From Styela clava (taxonomy: Eukaryota), in assembly GCF_964204865.1 (NCBI RefSeq), contig NC_135263.1, positions 11,408,001 through 11,472,000 of the forward strand: a DNA stretch of 64,000 bases, given 5' to 3'. The stretch's first letter is position 1. Each line of letters opens with the position of its first letter. Made by a program: the position numbers and the translations under genes. This document shows positions 1 to 13,990 of the stretch, piece by piece. The notes under the pieces are model-generated. The model saw only the letters and a list, made by a program, of their open reading frames with translations, did no database searches and had not been told where the DNA came from.

Positions 1-2713
1 TAGGACTGCATGGATTTTAGCATGTGGCTTTTATTTCAGAGTAACCACAAGTCCAAAGTGAATGAGCTTTCCATACTCTGACATCTCCGCTAAAACAGGG
101 GATGTTTTACGTTGTTTCTGTCGCAATTAAAAGATTTTTCATTAGCAACCTTTACAGTTAATGGGATACAGCGCTGTCTTGCGTATATTGCGTAAATCTC
201 ACAAACTGAATCTTGTACACAAAAAGTGTTTGATTAGCCGATTCAACTATCAGTACTCTTATAAAACGCAGTATATTTCATGGTAAATACAACTTGTTGA
301 AGATCTTCCCCAAAAAGTTTAGCCTGTCGAATTTTTGTCTACCAAGCTATTACTTCACTGTGTTTATTTGAATTGCTTTTTGAGCCATACTTTAGGATTT
401 TTATAGAGCATAAGTACAAAATACTTACACTATTGTGCGGGAAATAATGCTTGCCCCTTTACCTTACTCTTGCTATTATTAATTCATCGACTCCTGTAAA
501 GTATAAAGAAAAAAACGTCAAAAAGAATACGCCACAAAATTTACGATGAAATAGAAATAGGATTTAAAAAACAAAATAATAAGTAAGAAAAAAATAAAAA
601 TAAAAACAACACAATAAGTTAGCCGGAACAAAACATTTTAAAACGTTTCACAAGACTTTTTTCTCTCATAATTATAATGCTTCTTGTCGTTGAATCTCTT
701 TTATTCTTGAGAAAATCTGTGGGAGATTTCAGACTGTAATGTTGAAAAAATGAATAAATGCACGCATAGATTTTTTGATAGACAATATATGTCAAAAACC
801 GCCGATCTTTTAAAATGTCTTGTTGTCCTATAGTTTATAATGACCACTCTTATTGAACAAAATGACATCAAATGTTTTTTTCTAATATTACAATGAAAAA
901 AATTCTGATAATCCGAAAAAAATGTTATCTTCGCTTTGCAAAAATACTATCGAAATTTCCTCTGATCTTTGTGTTTTTTTATGTTGTGGGAAAAATCCAT
1001 GAAATTCCCATATTTTTTCTATGTCCATTTGCCAAGATGTTCTTCTGAATAGTACAAAATTTTGAAGCTATGGTATACAACCTAGGTCCAGTGCTTCAAT
1101 ATGGATTTTATCATATTACCTAATGTGCATGGAATAATTTCTCACCTTAACTCGAATATTGAGGGTAGCCTACAAGACAGATACTATAAACAACTTAATT
1201 GGTCGATGACCAACAAATATCTTTTGAATATTATTACTTTATAACATTGAGATCATATCAAATAAGTACATATATATGCCTAGGTCAAGGAAATCAGTCT
1301 TACACTTTTGAAATCTATGTATCGCAGTCGCAGTTTAGAATTCGGTTATGTGTTAATACGAATCGATTGAAAAGTGAAGAATTAGGATAACTATACTTGG
1401 GTTTTCAACCAGTAAATAAATCAAATTCTGCATAAAAGTAGAAGCTTGAAATGCAAGTAAGTTTCCCTTTTGCAAAGTTTTCGTTATGAAACGTTTTTCT
1501 TTGTTATGCCATGTACAAATAAACGTATTACGTGTTCAAAACAAATGAGTCAAGCGCTAACAAATATACGTAAATTTATATGTAAAAGTAATCTATATCC
1601 CACACACTAAAATACTTTTGACGATATTGGGTTTTTCGAGAACTCGTGTGTGGCAAACTACCGATCAAGTATTGTCCTCCTTTCATCCAACCACTTTTAT
1701 TAATTAAAATAAGGTGCATCAGAGCTACCAGAGATAAAAAAAAAATTCCGACTGGTCGAAAATATGGTCTGGAATTTTTCGCTTTGCAAAAATACCGTAG
1801 AGATTTCAATGGACCCATGTATGGAGAAAATCCTGTCAAATTTCCCAATTTGTTCTTTGTTCAATTTGTTTATATAAATCAATGAATCTACACTACATTA
1901 TCCTATGAACATGCATCCATTCTTTCGTCTTCACATAAGTATTTAGGCTACAATACAGAATATACTATGAACAACAAACTTTGTCGGTGGCCAATGAATA
2001 TCTTTTGGGTAATGTTACTATAACATTGGGATGATGAATTTTCTTTTTCTTTTTCCCATGTTTATTTCTTATGCAAACATCTAAGATAAAAATGAACATG
2101 CCATAAATAGAAGTTTTTCTGTACTGTACTTAATTCTCCCTATATATAAAATCGGCCTGGTACAAACTTTACTAATTAATTTGGCATAACCTAGCTAAGT
2201 TTGAGTCGTATTAAAAATCAAGACGCAGGCTGTTTTGCATACATAAATTAAAAACTGAATGTTCCTTGTTATTTTATTCATTATCATTAAAATGCACCAA
2301 AATTGAATAAACAGGTTTATACGTCGTTTTAAAATTTTGCAAAAAAGGGTATTTAAAACAAATCAGACGCAATTTCATCATCTATCCGAGTAATATGTTG
2401 TCCTTTATCTTCTAATTTGTGTAGTGAATTCTTTTAGCTGAGACAAATGTACGATTTATTCACTGCAAAAACAAAAACAAATCAGTCAATTGTGTGTTTA
2501 AAAAAATCCTTTGCATTATCTTAAAATCTAGCTTCAAAATCCAAGTTTTAATTAAGCCTAATTTCGATTTTAAAAAGTTTATGTACAAATACGATTTAAT
2601 CAATTATCGTTAAATTTTCAGGCAACAATCTCTTTTTTCATTTACTAATAATTCAACTACAATTTATTATTTTATTTACTTTTCAAACACGCAAGAAACA
2701 GCAATTACCATGT

Positions 2714-3844
2714 TTAGAATTCATCTGTGGATTCATCATCTTTACTATTTTGTTTTGGGAAATCATTAACATCTTCAAACATCTCTAGATCCTCAGCATC
2801 TTGTTTTTCAGAATCTGAATGCTAAAATTAAAGAAGAATTGACAATGCATATCAAAGTCTATATAACACAAATTCAATCAAGATGCATTTTGAAAATAAC
2901 AAAATATATAAAAAAAAATTCAATTAATTGGACAAATTTATCCGTTAAAAGTGTATTTACAACAGCGCATTTCTACAAGGATAAATTGAATAGTACAAAC
3001 AGATTCAGTTTCTGTTGGTCTGTTGCAAACCAGATTAATTTTTGTCTCACCTCGTCAGGTTTGTCGCTGGCTGTGTCATAACCATAACCAACAGCACTGT
3101 TTCTGTAAATGAACAACAATGGAAAAATTGGTAACAGCAATAAAAATGATAGGACAACAATTGAAAGAAAAGGTCGCCCGCTCAGAAACGTTGCAGGACA
3201 AAATAACAAATATAAAGAAACTATTTGATCACAAGAAAGGAGGATAACTTTTTATCCAATTACTACTGCTTCATCGGTTATAAGACGATGGGCCACTTAT
3301 GAGTAGCGGGTATTATAAGGTATTATGACAGGACGTAACCGACTAACGAATGACATAACTCGGACATTGCTGAATTCAGCAATCCTCCCAGTCATTACCA
3401 TGAGTATTACACAAAAAATCCGTCCATATACTAATGATGAATTGTAATCGTACTTATAAAAGTTGAAATATGCAAATTTTATCTTGACCCTAAATGATTG
3501 GCTTATATTGAGAATTTCATTTGTTTGCAAACATGGGAAAAAATATATCTATATATATATATAATATTGTTTTACATATGGCTTGATTGGAGTCTCTTAA
3601 GCTCGTTGCCCTCTTCCGTAATTTGGGTGCCGTGATTGACTATTTTTTCAGCCAAGTTTCCGATGGTCATCATCAATCTTTGGTAGCTCTGGATACTGCT
3701 TTTAAGTTTTGTAACTTCTTTCTCTTTTCCTTCATATTTTTCTTTGTACGGCGTTGGGCATCGTCTGCGTCGACCCCAAGAATTCCCAGTATCGAAAGCA
3801 AGAATTGACAGTAGGACTATTTGGATTAAAAATACGGAATTCAT
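2714..3844 (-). CDS. Cluster gene 1: secreted prepropeptide (142 aa), Lys/Glu coiled-coil subtype
   Basis: Exons 3844-3576, 3102-3051, 2821-2714, all GT-AG, phases 2 and 0. Signal MNSVFLIQIVLLSILAFDTGNS, then WGRRRRCPTPYKEKYEGKEKEVTKLK...SSHI NSAVGYGYDTASDKPDE HSDSEKQDAEDLEMFEDVNDFPKQNSKDDESTDEF*. A further donor (2708) and acceptor (tttttgcag, 2463) indicate a non-coding last exon. Confidence 0.85.
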
Positions 3845-6800
3845 TCTTGATGATTACGGTTTAAATTCTCTTATATTCTTGAAATATTCAAAAATACGTA
3901 TTAAAAAAAAACAGCAAAAAAAAATTTTCACAACAATTAGAGGAATATTGAAAGATTTTTAGTTTCCGCACTAGGTAAGAATAGCAGTAGTCGAGTAGAT
4001 TTGTCATTTAGAAAGGCAAATAAGGGATCAGTACACAAATATATGAGTACAAATAGCGTTATTGTTAGTTGGGAAAAAAATACCTAACAAGATGACTAAA
4101 TTATTAACGTATTTTGCTAACGATTCGGTAGTATTTCTATAATGAGATTCCACATCTTTAGGTTAAGGTAGTAGGTAAGTGATAATAGGGAAGGGCAATT
4201 GAATATCGCCAGGATCCCCGAATTTAAATGGGAATTCTCATCTGTATATCATCCTAATTATTCTACTAATTCTTAGAGTGTACTTGGGTTAAAAAATGGA
4301 TTGAGCAGAAATCGCCCTAGTCGTTAATGTGTTAGCTATAGGTAAAGTTGGGTGGGCTGTGATAATATAGTAAAATCACTCGAACACTCATATTCAAACA
4401 CGTAAACATTGCAGGTTACAAATCCTGGGGTGAAAGATAATATCAGCCACCTCACCCAGAACGTAATAAATGGGGTGTATAATACCGAACCCGGAAGTTC
4501 TTCTCATCCAAAACATACAAAAGTAGTATAATAACGCCCAAGATTCCAATCACAAATCTACTACTCCGCACCAGAAGACACAAACACCAATAAAATGGGA
4601 CAAGTTGCTACTGCCTAATTTATAGAGCTCTATGCTGTCGATTTAGGTATTCCACCAGAAGAATTCACCATATGTAATGAACAACTCATTGTTCATGCGA
4701 ATATACTTATTAAACTGAAAACACGCGAGGTCTTCAGATCCGGAATTTTGATCAAAACTCCTTTTCAAACTGTCACTTAAAAAACCCATAGGGTTCTGAA
4801 TACCAAACCGGAAGGTACATAAATGTGGATTCTGATCAACAATAGTAATGTCATAAAGATAAAATTCCCCTATTCATAACCTCCATATGCCAAATCTCAA
4901 ACGTTGAAATTCTAATGTTGGGTTTTAGGGATAAATTCGTTATTTTAAGTAAAATTTATAAAAATAATAAAAATTCTCCAAATTCATAAATTAGGTCGAT
5001 AAAGGGCCCGTTGTAATTATACAACAGATGCCAACCAAAAATATAATTGGATCGATGACACCAGATGCTAATTAGTATTCCAACCCGAATCGATAACCCT
5101 AACGGAATCGATATCACCATACGCGCATACGTATATAAGGTTTCAAGAGGATATTTGAAAGGTATTGAAGAAGTGAGGTATTGAAGAAGTCATGTATTGA
5201 GAGGTCTTGTATTAGGAGTCGAATCGTCTTGATAAGTGTCGTCTCGTTTCTCGATGTCGTCATGTCTTAACAATCTTCTGTATTCTGTGTCTACAACATT
5301 AAACTACATCAACAACATGTGCCTATATGCTACAATTTCTTAACCGGGCTAAAAGGTCACTTTTGGGAATTTCATTTTTTGTCTTGCTAATGTTAGTTAG
5401 TTGAGAGTTTTAAGTAGAAAATATGAGTTCACTACCTCCACTAACGTGAATTGAAATAGACTGATAATGCTTTTTACTTAACCATAGTCATTATAATGTT
5501 TCAAGTCGTCACTCAAGTAAAGAGGGTTGTTTTTCACGGAACTGTGAGTTCAAAAATTATCTTCATTTGATCACAACTGAAAGTCGTTCAATGATTTAAA
5601 TAAGAATAAATTAAACAAATATACATTCAACTCTGGCTCTGAGTCTGAGGGATCATAAAATTTTACTGAAACGTATGTCGCCCGAAACTTTTTTGGTTTT
5701 AGTTGATCAACATGACTCTGACATCCTTGTCCGAAACTTAGACTCTACCACACCGACTAAAAATCATTTTAAAAACCAAACAAAAACTGCAAAACATTCA
5801 ACTCTGGCTCTGAAGGATCATGAAATTTTACTAGACTGGATCAACTAGATTCTTACATCTTAGTCCTGTCAAAAATCGCTTGAAGACCATAGCTCACACT
5901 GACGTACTTGAAAGTGCGGATGACAATGTGTGATTGATTGTTTTTTGGTGGGTTACATTTGTGCCGTAGAAAAGTATAATTCACATCATTACTACAACGT
6001 GTCACACGAATTTTAAAGGGTTGGCGTTCGTTTCTTCAAGACCAAAGACGACCGAAATGTTGGATAAATCAAACTAAAACCAAATTGCGATTTACTTTAG
6101 TTTCGTCACGAAGCTTATTGTTTCTACTTTTGCTTTTGAAACACTGTAAATTTTGTTCATAAAATGTAAATTTTACGTCACACTTACGTGGCCCGCCAGC
6201 CTAGATGGGCAAAGTTTCAAGCCCCAGGTCCAAAGACCTTGCCCACCTTTGATCATTCTATACTATATGATCCGATGAACATGAAAATATTTTCTCGTCT
6301 TTACATAAGTATTTAGGCTACAATACAGAATATACTGTGAACAACTAACTCGGTCGGACGCCAATAAATATATTTTGGATAATGTCACTATAACATGGCG
6401 ATAAGATATTTTAGCTGATGTTCATTTCTTAAGCAAATCTTGAAGATGAAAATATACAAGCCCAAAATCAAAGTTTTCTAAACTCAATCTGGTACAAACT
6501 TAACTATTTAATCTGGCGTAACTTAGCTCAGTTTGAGTCGTATTAAAAAGCAGCCCCGTTATGCAGACATAAAAAAAATTCTGAATGTTTCTTGTTATAT
6601 TATTTATTATCATTAAGATGCACTAAAAATCAAATAAACAGTTTATACGTCGTTTTAAAATTTTGAAAAAAAATTATTTAACAAATCAGACGTAATTTCA
6701 TCATCTATCCGAGTAATATGTTGTCCTTAATCTTTCAATTTTTGTATTGAATTCTTTTAGTTGAGACAAATGTACGAATAATTTACTGCAAAAACAATTG

Positions 6801-7068
6801 AAATAAGTCAGTCATGTATTTAAAAATATCCCTCGATTATCTGGTAGCTTCAAAATTCTAGTTTTAATCAAGCTTAAGTTAGATTTTAAAAAATTTATAT
6901 ACAAATACAATTTACTCTATTATCTTTAAACTTTCAGGCAACAATCTATTTTTTACTCACTGACAATTCAACTCCAATACAATGTTATTTTATTTTTTAA
7001 ACACGCAAGAAGCAGCAATTAACTTGCATATTACCATGTTTAGAATTCATCATCTTCACTATTTGTTT

Positions 7069-8296
7069 CTAGAAATTATTAACATCTTCAAACATCTCTA
7101 GATTATCAGCATCTTGTTTTTCAGAATCAGGGTTCTAAATAAACAAGAATTTACAATGCATATCTCAGTCAATATACCACAAATTTAATCGCGGTGCGCA
7201 TGGTGCGTTATAAACATAACAAAATATATAAAAAAAAAAAGATTCAATTAATTGGATAAATTTATCCGTTCAAGTGTATTTGCAACGTGCTTTCCACAAC
7301 GATAAATTGAAAGGTACAATCAGTATTAGTCACCTCGGCAGGTTTGTCGTCGGCTGTGTCATTACCAATCGCACTGCTCCTGTTAAAATAAATAAACAAC
7401 AATGAAAAAAATGGTAACAGTAATAAAAATGAAGGAAGACAATGGGAAGAAAACGTCGATTGCTCAGAAACGTTGCAGGATAGAATAACAAATAAAAAGA
7501 AACTCCTTGATCACGAGAAAGAGCATATCTTTTTATCCGATCCACACAGCTTCATCGGTTATAGGACAATGGTGGGCTAACTACTTATGCGTAGGTGAAG
7601 TTATTATAACAGGACGGAACCGACCAACGAATGACATAACTTGGATGGACATTGATGATTTCAGCAATTCTCATGGTCATTACCAAAAGCATTACTAAAA
7701 AATAAGCTCACATACTAACGATGTAGCCACACTTTAATTAAATTGAAAGCCTCATTAAAATCCTGTAGTTGTTCAAAATTGAAATCTATTCAATTAGATA
7801 TGTTATATAGTTTTAACATCATGGAAAAATAAAAACACAATAGTAATTGATCCATGCTATGGTTATGTATCTTTTATCAAAATAAAAAATATAATATGTT
7901 CAAATAAAGAGGGTCATGTTGAGTTCAATTATAAAAGTATGCAAATTTTCATATTTACATTGAGAATTTTATTTTTTTGTAAACATGGAAAAGGAAAAAA
8001 TATGTATATATATAAGATTTTTTTTACGTATATCTTGAATGGAGGTTTTTAAGCTCGTTGCCCTCATTCGTAATCTGAGTGCCGTGATTAATTATTTTTT
8101 CAGCCAAGCTTCCCATGGTCATCATCAAGCTTTGGTAGCTCTGGATTCTCTTGTTTAGTTTTGTAACTTCTTTTTCTTTTGCTTCATATTTTTCCTTGAA
8201 CGGTTGTGCGCAACGTCTGCGTCGACTCCAGGAATTTCCAGTATCGAAAGCAAGAATTGCCAGTAAGACTATTTGGATTAAAAACACGGAATTCAT
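7069..8296 (-). CDS. Cluster gene 2: tandem paralog of gene 1 (126 aa; acidic tail shortened by an apparent 1-nt deletion)
   Basis: Exons 8296-8028, 7379-7334, 7134-7069 (GT-AG). MNSVFLIQIVLLAILAFDTGNS WSRRRRCAQPFKEKYEAKEKEV...HSRYT SSAIGNDTADDKPAE NPDSEKQDADNLEMFEDVNNF*. Aligns to gene 1 across exons, introns and flanks. Confidence 0.82.
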
Positions 8297-11276
8297 TCTT
8301 GTTGATTACGGTTCGAATTCTCTTATATCCTCAAAATATTCAAACATAAATGTGAAAAAATTGTTAACGTCGAAATAAAAATCATTTTTCAACAATTAGA
8401 GTAGCATTGTAAGATTAGCAGTAGACGAGAAGATTTGCCATTCAGAAAAAAAAATAAAACAGCAATGCACAAATATATGGACAGAACATATCGTTATTGT
8501 AGGCTGGGAAAGGAATAGCTAAAAAGATAACTAAATTAATCGCGTATTTAGTTGGCGATAGTAATTATATTCGGCAGTATTTCTATATTTTAATTTTCTT
8601 ATCTTTAGGGTCAAGGTGTAAGCATGTGGTAATATGAAAGCGTAATTAGATATTGCCAAGATTTTTGAATTCAAATGGAAATATTCATTTGCATATATTC
8701 TAATAATTCGTAGAGTGAAACGGTGTATTGGGCTTGTACAATGACCTGAGAAAAAAATTCGTCTTAGCCGTTATTGTCTTAGCCATAGGTGAAGTTAGGT
8801 GAGCTGTGATAATATAATAAAAGCACTGGAACATTCATATTCAATGCGATTGCTCATGTCTATAAGTTAGCAAACAAAGTTATCAATTATATATTATATA
8901 GAAAGACAGCAGTCAAATATCGTATTTGATTGTTTTATGTAGTAAACTTTTTTTTGTTGGAAAAATTTAGTCATTTAGTTGACATTGCAGGTTGCAGATC
9001 CTGAGTTGAAACACAATGTCAGCCACCTTACTCAGGGCGTAATAAATGAGGTGTATAATACAGAACCTGGAATATTCAACCCCCTTTAATTAAAAACATA
9101 CATAAGTAGTACAAAAACGTCCAAGATTTCAATCACAAATCTGCTGCATTTTACTTTACAAAACTATAGCATATAATATCATTTGTAGATATTAGAGGTT
9201 TCATTTGTTGTCTCATCCAAGATGAGACCCGTCTCACGTTTAAAAGATACAAACACCCATAAATTGGTAATTGCTATCTACGACCTGATTTATAGAGCTC
9301 TATGATGTCGACTTGGGTTTTCCACCGGCAGAATTCACCATATGTAATCAACAACTCATAGTTCATGCGAATATAATTATTAAACTGAAAACACGCGAGG
9401 TCTTCAAATCCGGAATGTTGATCAAAACTGCTTTTCAAACTGTCACTTGAAAACCCATAGGGTTCAAAACACCAAACCGGAAGGTCTATAAGAGTGAATT
9501 CTGATCAACAATAGTATTTTCGTGAAGATAAAATTTTCCTACTCTCCAATATGTCTCGCGATTGTTAATAGTTGGCTGAGAGTTTAAATAGGAAATAGGA
9601 GTTCACTACCTCAACTAACATGAATTAGAACAGACTGATAATGTTTTTTACTTAACCTTAGTCATGATAATGTTTTTTGAGTCACCACGTAAGTACGTAA
9701 GTGAAGATGGATGTTTTTCACGGAGCTGTTAATTTAAGAAATTATGTTCATTTGAACGCAACTGGAAGTTATTCTAAAAACCAAATCAGACTTGCAAAAC
9801 ATTCAACTCTGGCTCTGAAGGATCATGAAATTTTATTATAACGTAAATTGTCCGAAACTTTTTTGGTTTTAGTTGATCAATTAGACCCTGACTACTTAGT
9901 ACGAACTCCGATTTTTAGAAATTTGACAATACTCGATAACTGTCAAAAATCGCTTCAAGGCCATAGCTAACACTGACGTATATAAAAGTGCGAATGACAA
10001 CGCGGAATGGTCTTTTGGCGGGTTGCATTTGTGCCGTAGAAAAGTCTAATTCACATCATTACTACAACGTGCCACGCGAAATTTATAGGGTTGGCGTTCG
10101 TTTCTCCAAGACCCATCACGACCCAAAGGTTAGATATCATGAATTTTAAGCCAAGCATGTTGATGAATATCCTCGCATGGTGAAGTAAGATTTTATATTT
10201 ATCTCTGGGGCGATAAAACCTATAACACGGCATTAATACGGTGGAGCGCAGCCCATTGTCAGGTTACAATTTTAGGGTATGGGAATATTCACCGTAATCA
10301 GTCGTTCTAGAACAGACACATGCCGTGATGGCAAAAGAAACCTTCGGTATGTTTTTCTTGCTGTCCGTATCAAATATGAGTGGCAATTATTTGAATACAA
10401 TCATAAATAGAAGCTTGACCTAATACTTTTTCATAAACCATAGGATTGATTGATTTGCAGAACACAGCACACAACTACCACGAAAGTAAGTTTAATTTGC
10501 ACTATTTCTCAGAAAGAAAAATCCTAAAATCACTGAACGATTATCTTTGAATGCAGTGGACAGAATTGATTGGTGAGTGTGATTCCACCTCCATTCTTTT
10601 TTTTAATTTGCGCGCTTGGTAATACTAGAATGAAGCTATTCGACAAATATAAAGTTACTGACATTTCTGCTTGTTCGTGTTGAATAATTTGTATCTAAAG
10701 ACAATATGCAACTGCAATGTAACCCGCTGGAATATGTTTTTTGTGTGAATGTTTGCTTTTTTTCTGATTTAAATATGCCATTCTATGAGTGGAAGCACAC
10801 GACAACCCTGCCAAGGAAAAACAAAATTATCTGCAGCAATATAGTATATTGTTTCTGAATAGATATATGATATAAAAAAAAAAAATGATCAGCAATCGTA
10901 ATCAATGAACATGATCAAGCATAGTACATATATGAACTAAACTTAAACACATGTCGAGTCGAAATTCGTTTGGTCATCATGGGGGAAAGACGTTGTTCTT
11001 TGATGAGCATTTCATTCAGAAATTCACCTGTGAAACGTGAAGCAGAGATTAGTGGTCAATATTAAATTGTTTGTAATATTAATGTATTATATGTATTTAT
11101 TGTATTTGTATTATCGGAAATATTTAAAGCCAAATGAAACATTTTTAAATCCCCATTCTGTAAGAGATATTTCAATCCATTCATGTCCTAATCATCGTGC
11201 TGGCATAAACTAAGTCCTAATACTATGAAATCGCTAAATTAAAAATTGTTAACTTTTGATATGCTATTTTAGACCT

Positions 11277-12544
11277 TTATTCTCTCTTCTTGCTTTCTTC
11301 TTTTTCTTTTTCTTCTCTTTCTTCATTTTCTTTAGCTTCAGCAGAATCGTTATCAAACATTTCCTGCTCATCGCTATCGTCTTCAAAGTTGTCTGCTGAG
11401 TCTTCGTCAATCTGTGGTGGAGAAGTGATTAATTGTACACAAATCATACATGCTTGTCTTAGATATCTAATCCGCAAAATAATACACATTTTGACATTTG
11501 CGAATAACAGCAACATGGTATAGATTTTAAATTGCCAATTGTAGGCTGTGTAATGTTGTTCGCTGTGTTGCGGAATCATAATAAAGCTAACACGCGAAAA
11601 ACTTTCACAAAGAAAAGAAATAATCAAAATCCAAAATTAAAAGTTTGAGGGTAGGACCCTAATAATAAAAATGACAAATATGTAATAATATAATATAATA
11701 TAATAAAAATGTCTACCTGGCGTTTAAATTATTATAATGAGAACAGCAAACAAACAATTTAATATTAAGGAAGAACTTTTCAAGTTTCGTATCAGTATCA
11801 GTAAATTTTTGCAAATACACGCCTTATCTTGCCTTGTTTGAACACTAAAATTCTCATAAATAAATAACATTATTTTGCTATATTTCAACATGGCTGCTGT
11901 AGTTCTATTTTGTCTTTTGCTATGACAAGCAAATAAAACTGTTAACTCACTTCTTCGTCATTTAGTATTTCATCGTCAAGTTCATCCTCATCTCCCCAAC
12001 GGCGTGCAATTTTTCTGCAAAATAAAAATAAGGGGGTTTATTTTTGGTGCTTAACCCAGAGAAAAAAGTTGTAAAAAGGGCTTAGAAGAATAGAACTCAT
12101 TCTCATTTCACGATGCTGGTCGCGGCTGTCTATTCAACAATGATCCAAATCTATTTAAAAAACAAAAAAAAATTTGACCTGAGCATAATAATGACATTAT
12201 TTTCAAAAATTAATATGCGACTTTTGCGATTAATTTTCAACCTACATGTTTGTGGTATGGTGTGCTAGCAACTCTCTTCCTATTTTAGTCACTGCTCCTC
12301 CATATTGTAACGCTCTGACCCCCAAACGGTGAATGTACGTGAGCAACTGTGTGTAATGTCTTTGAATGACACTGTATCTTTTTGCTTTCGCTCGATAACG
12401 GTTGAGAATACTATGGTAATGAGCCTTGTAATTGAGATGGCAGGAATGTCTACGACGGCGACGCCTTCTTCGCCACCAGGAGTCGCCACTTTCGAACGCG
12501 AGCATCGCCACAAGCGCCAACACAATCACTAACTTCATCTGCAT
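11277..12544 (-). CDS. Cluster gene 3: secreted cationic His/Tyr/Arg-rich prepropeptide (165 aa)
   Basis: Exons 12544-12246, 12014-11951, 11411-11277. MQMKLVIVLALVAMLAFESGDS WWRRRRRRRRHSCHLNYKAHY...HHTTNI KIARRW-G-DEDELDDEILNDEE IDEDSADNFEDD...KKRE*. Acceptor ctttcag 4 nt before the ATG. Donor 2 nt after the stop, next acceptor at 11028. Confidence 0.88.
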
Positions 12545-13682
12545 TTTTCTGAAAGTTAGAATTGAGGGTATTACTTTTTTGTATTTGTTATTTAATAAAA
12601 TGTATTTGCAGTATATTTGATTGAATAGTATCTATTCATTCAACTTGAAGTACGGAAGTTAGTACAAAATTTTACAGTAGGAATATTGGTCAGACACACA
12701 AAGAAAAATTTGTCAAACGCGTACTGAATGTTTTGTGTAATCTTATAAGTTTTCGTGACTTTTCGTTTAAATGTACAAATCAAAAACACAATTTTGATAA
12801 TCATTGGAAGCAGAATCGACGAAATTAGAATCGAATTCAAAATACTCTGATAATTTGCTTTAATAAAGCGAAGCAAAATAAAGTCTTGAACAAAGACAAG
12901 ATATGTGTAACGTTGAGCCACTGTATGTAGTAACTATATCTGATTTGATTTTCTTGGTCATAATGTATTTTACCCTAATCACTCTTTTTGATAACTTTCT
13001 TTTTACAACAAACATTATTGAACTCCGATTGCCAACGAGAAACTCGAACTGTTTATTTACAAACCTTGTATCCACCGACTTGCCCAATAATCGTCAATGC
13101 CAAAATCTTCCGTCTGTATTTTTAACCTTTGCAAGCATCGTATTATATAGAAGCCAGAATTGAGAATTTGCTTAATAAATTTGTCTTAAAAGCTGATTCC
13201 GACAATAGAATAATACACTATTATATTATTACTTTTATTGAAATTCAATTCGACGAGAATGAGGATATCCGTATATTAGAAAAATATGCAAAGATGAAAT
13301 CGTGGGTTCATGCTAAAGTCTATTATTAAGCAAAATTACTGATTGCCATATGGTAACTAGATTTCAAATAACCAATATGTACAAAGGCATATTCATATTT
13401 TTCATTACTGTCGGAAATTGTGCAAATGGTAGTTCAAATTTCAGACTAAGCAGAATTTTAATACAAAAAGATCGTTAAACATATTACCGTTTTTGAAGAA
13501 AGGTATGCTATGATCAGTCATTTAGTTTTGACATTCAATACATATTAGCATACTTTCATGATAATGATTCCGCTCAAACAAATATATATTCTGTGTTATT
13601 CTGTGAGTATGCCCTTCCTGATGGGTTAGCTAAGCACGGTAATTTTGTGTTGTGTCTATGTGTGAAATATGTTCGGCTACAC

Positions 13683-13990
13683 CAGGGGGGAGCAAGGTTT
13701 TAGAACTATGGGCCAAACATTTTGCTCGTCTAGATTGCCGGGCCATATAAGTGTGACCTATAAAGTTACATTTCATAAACAACGTATACAGTGTTACAAA
13801 AGCAAAAGTGGAAAACAACAAACCTCGTGCAAAAACTAAATCAATCGCAGTCCCAACAAACTTCTTGACCTATTTTTTAGATAAAACATCAAAATTTGGT
13901 TTTAGTTTGGTTGTGGCTGCATCAAGCGTGCCAGATTAAATTAACCAACGGGCCGGATTCGGCCCGCGGGCCGCAGTTTACCCATGTCAG
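13683..13990. mobile_element. hAT-type MITE
   Basis: Starts CAGGGGGGAGCAA; ends with ggcccgcgggccgcagtt and a degenerate TIR. Perfect 8-bp TSD GGCTACAC (13675-13682 / 13991-13998). Confidence 0.8.

Larger units (their letters stand above)
1900..10137. repeat. Tandem duplication of about 4 kb carrying genes 1 and 2
   Basis: About 1900-6065 aligns to about 6268-10137 (e.g. acataagtatttaggctacaatacagaatatact; cacatcattactacaacgtg). Confidence 0.9.

Noticed and set aside
12242-12544. Protamine or nuclear basic protein interpretation of the Arg runs
   Set aside because: A clear hydrophobic signal peptide and a spliced acidic pro-piece indicate secretion.
3587-12620. Antisense/alternate-frame ORFs over the peptide exons
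   Set aside because: Shadows of the real exons; not conserved among paralogs.
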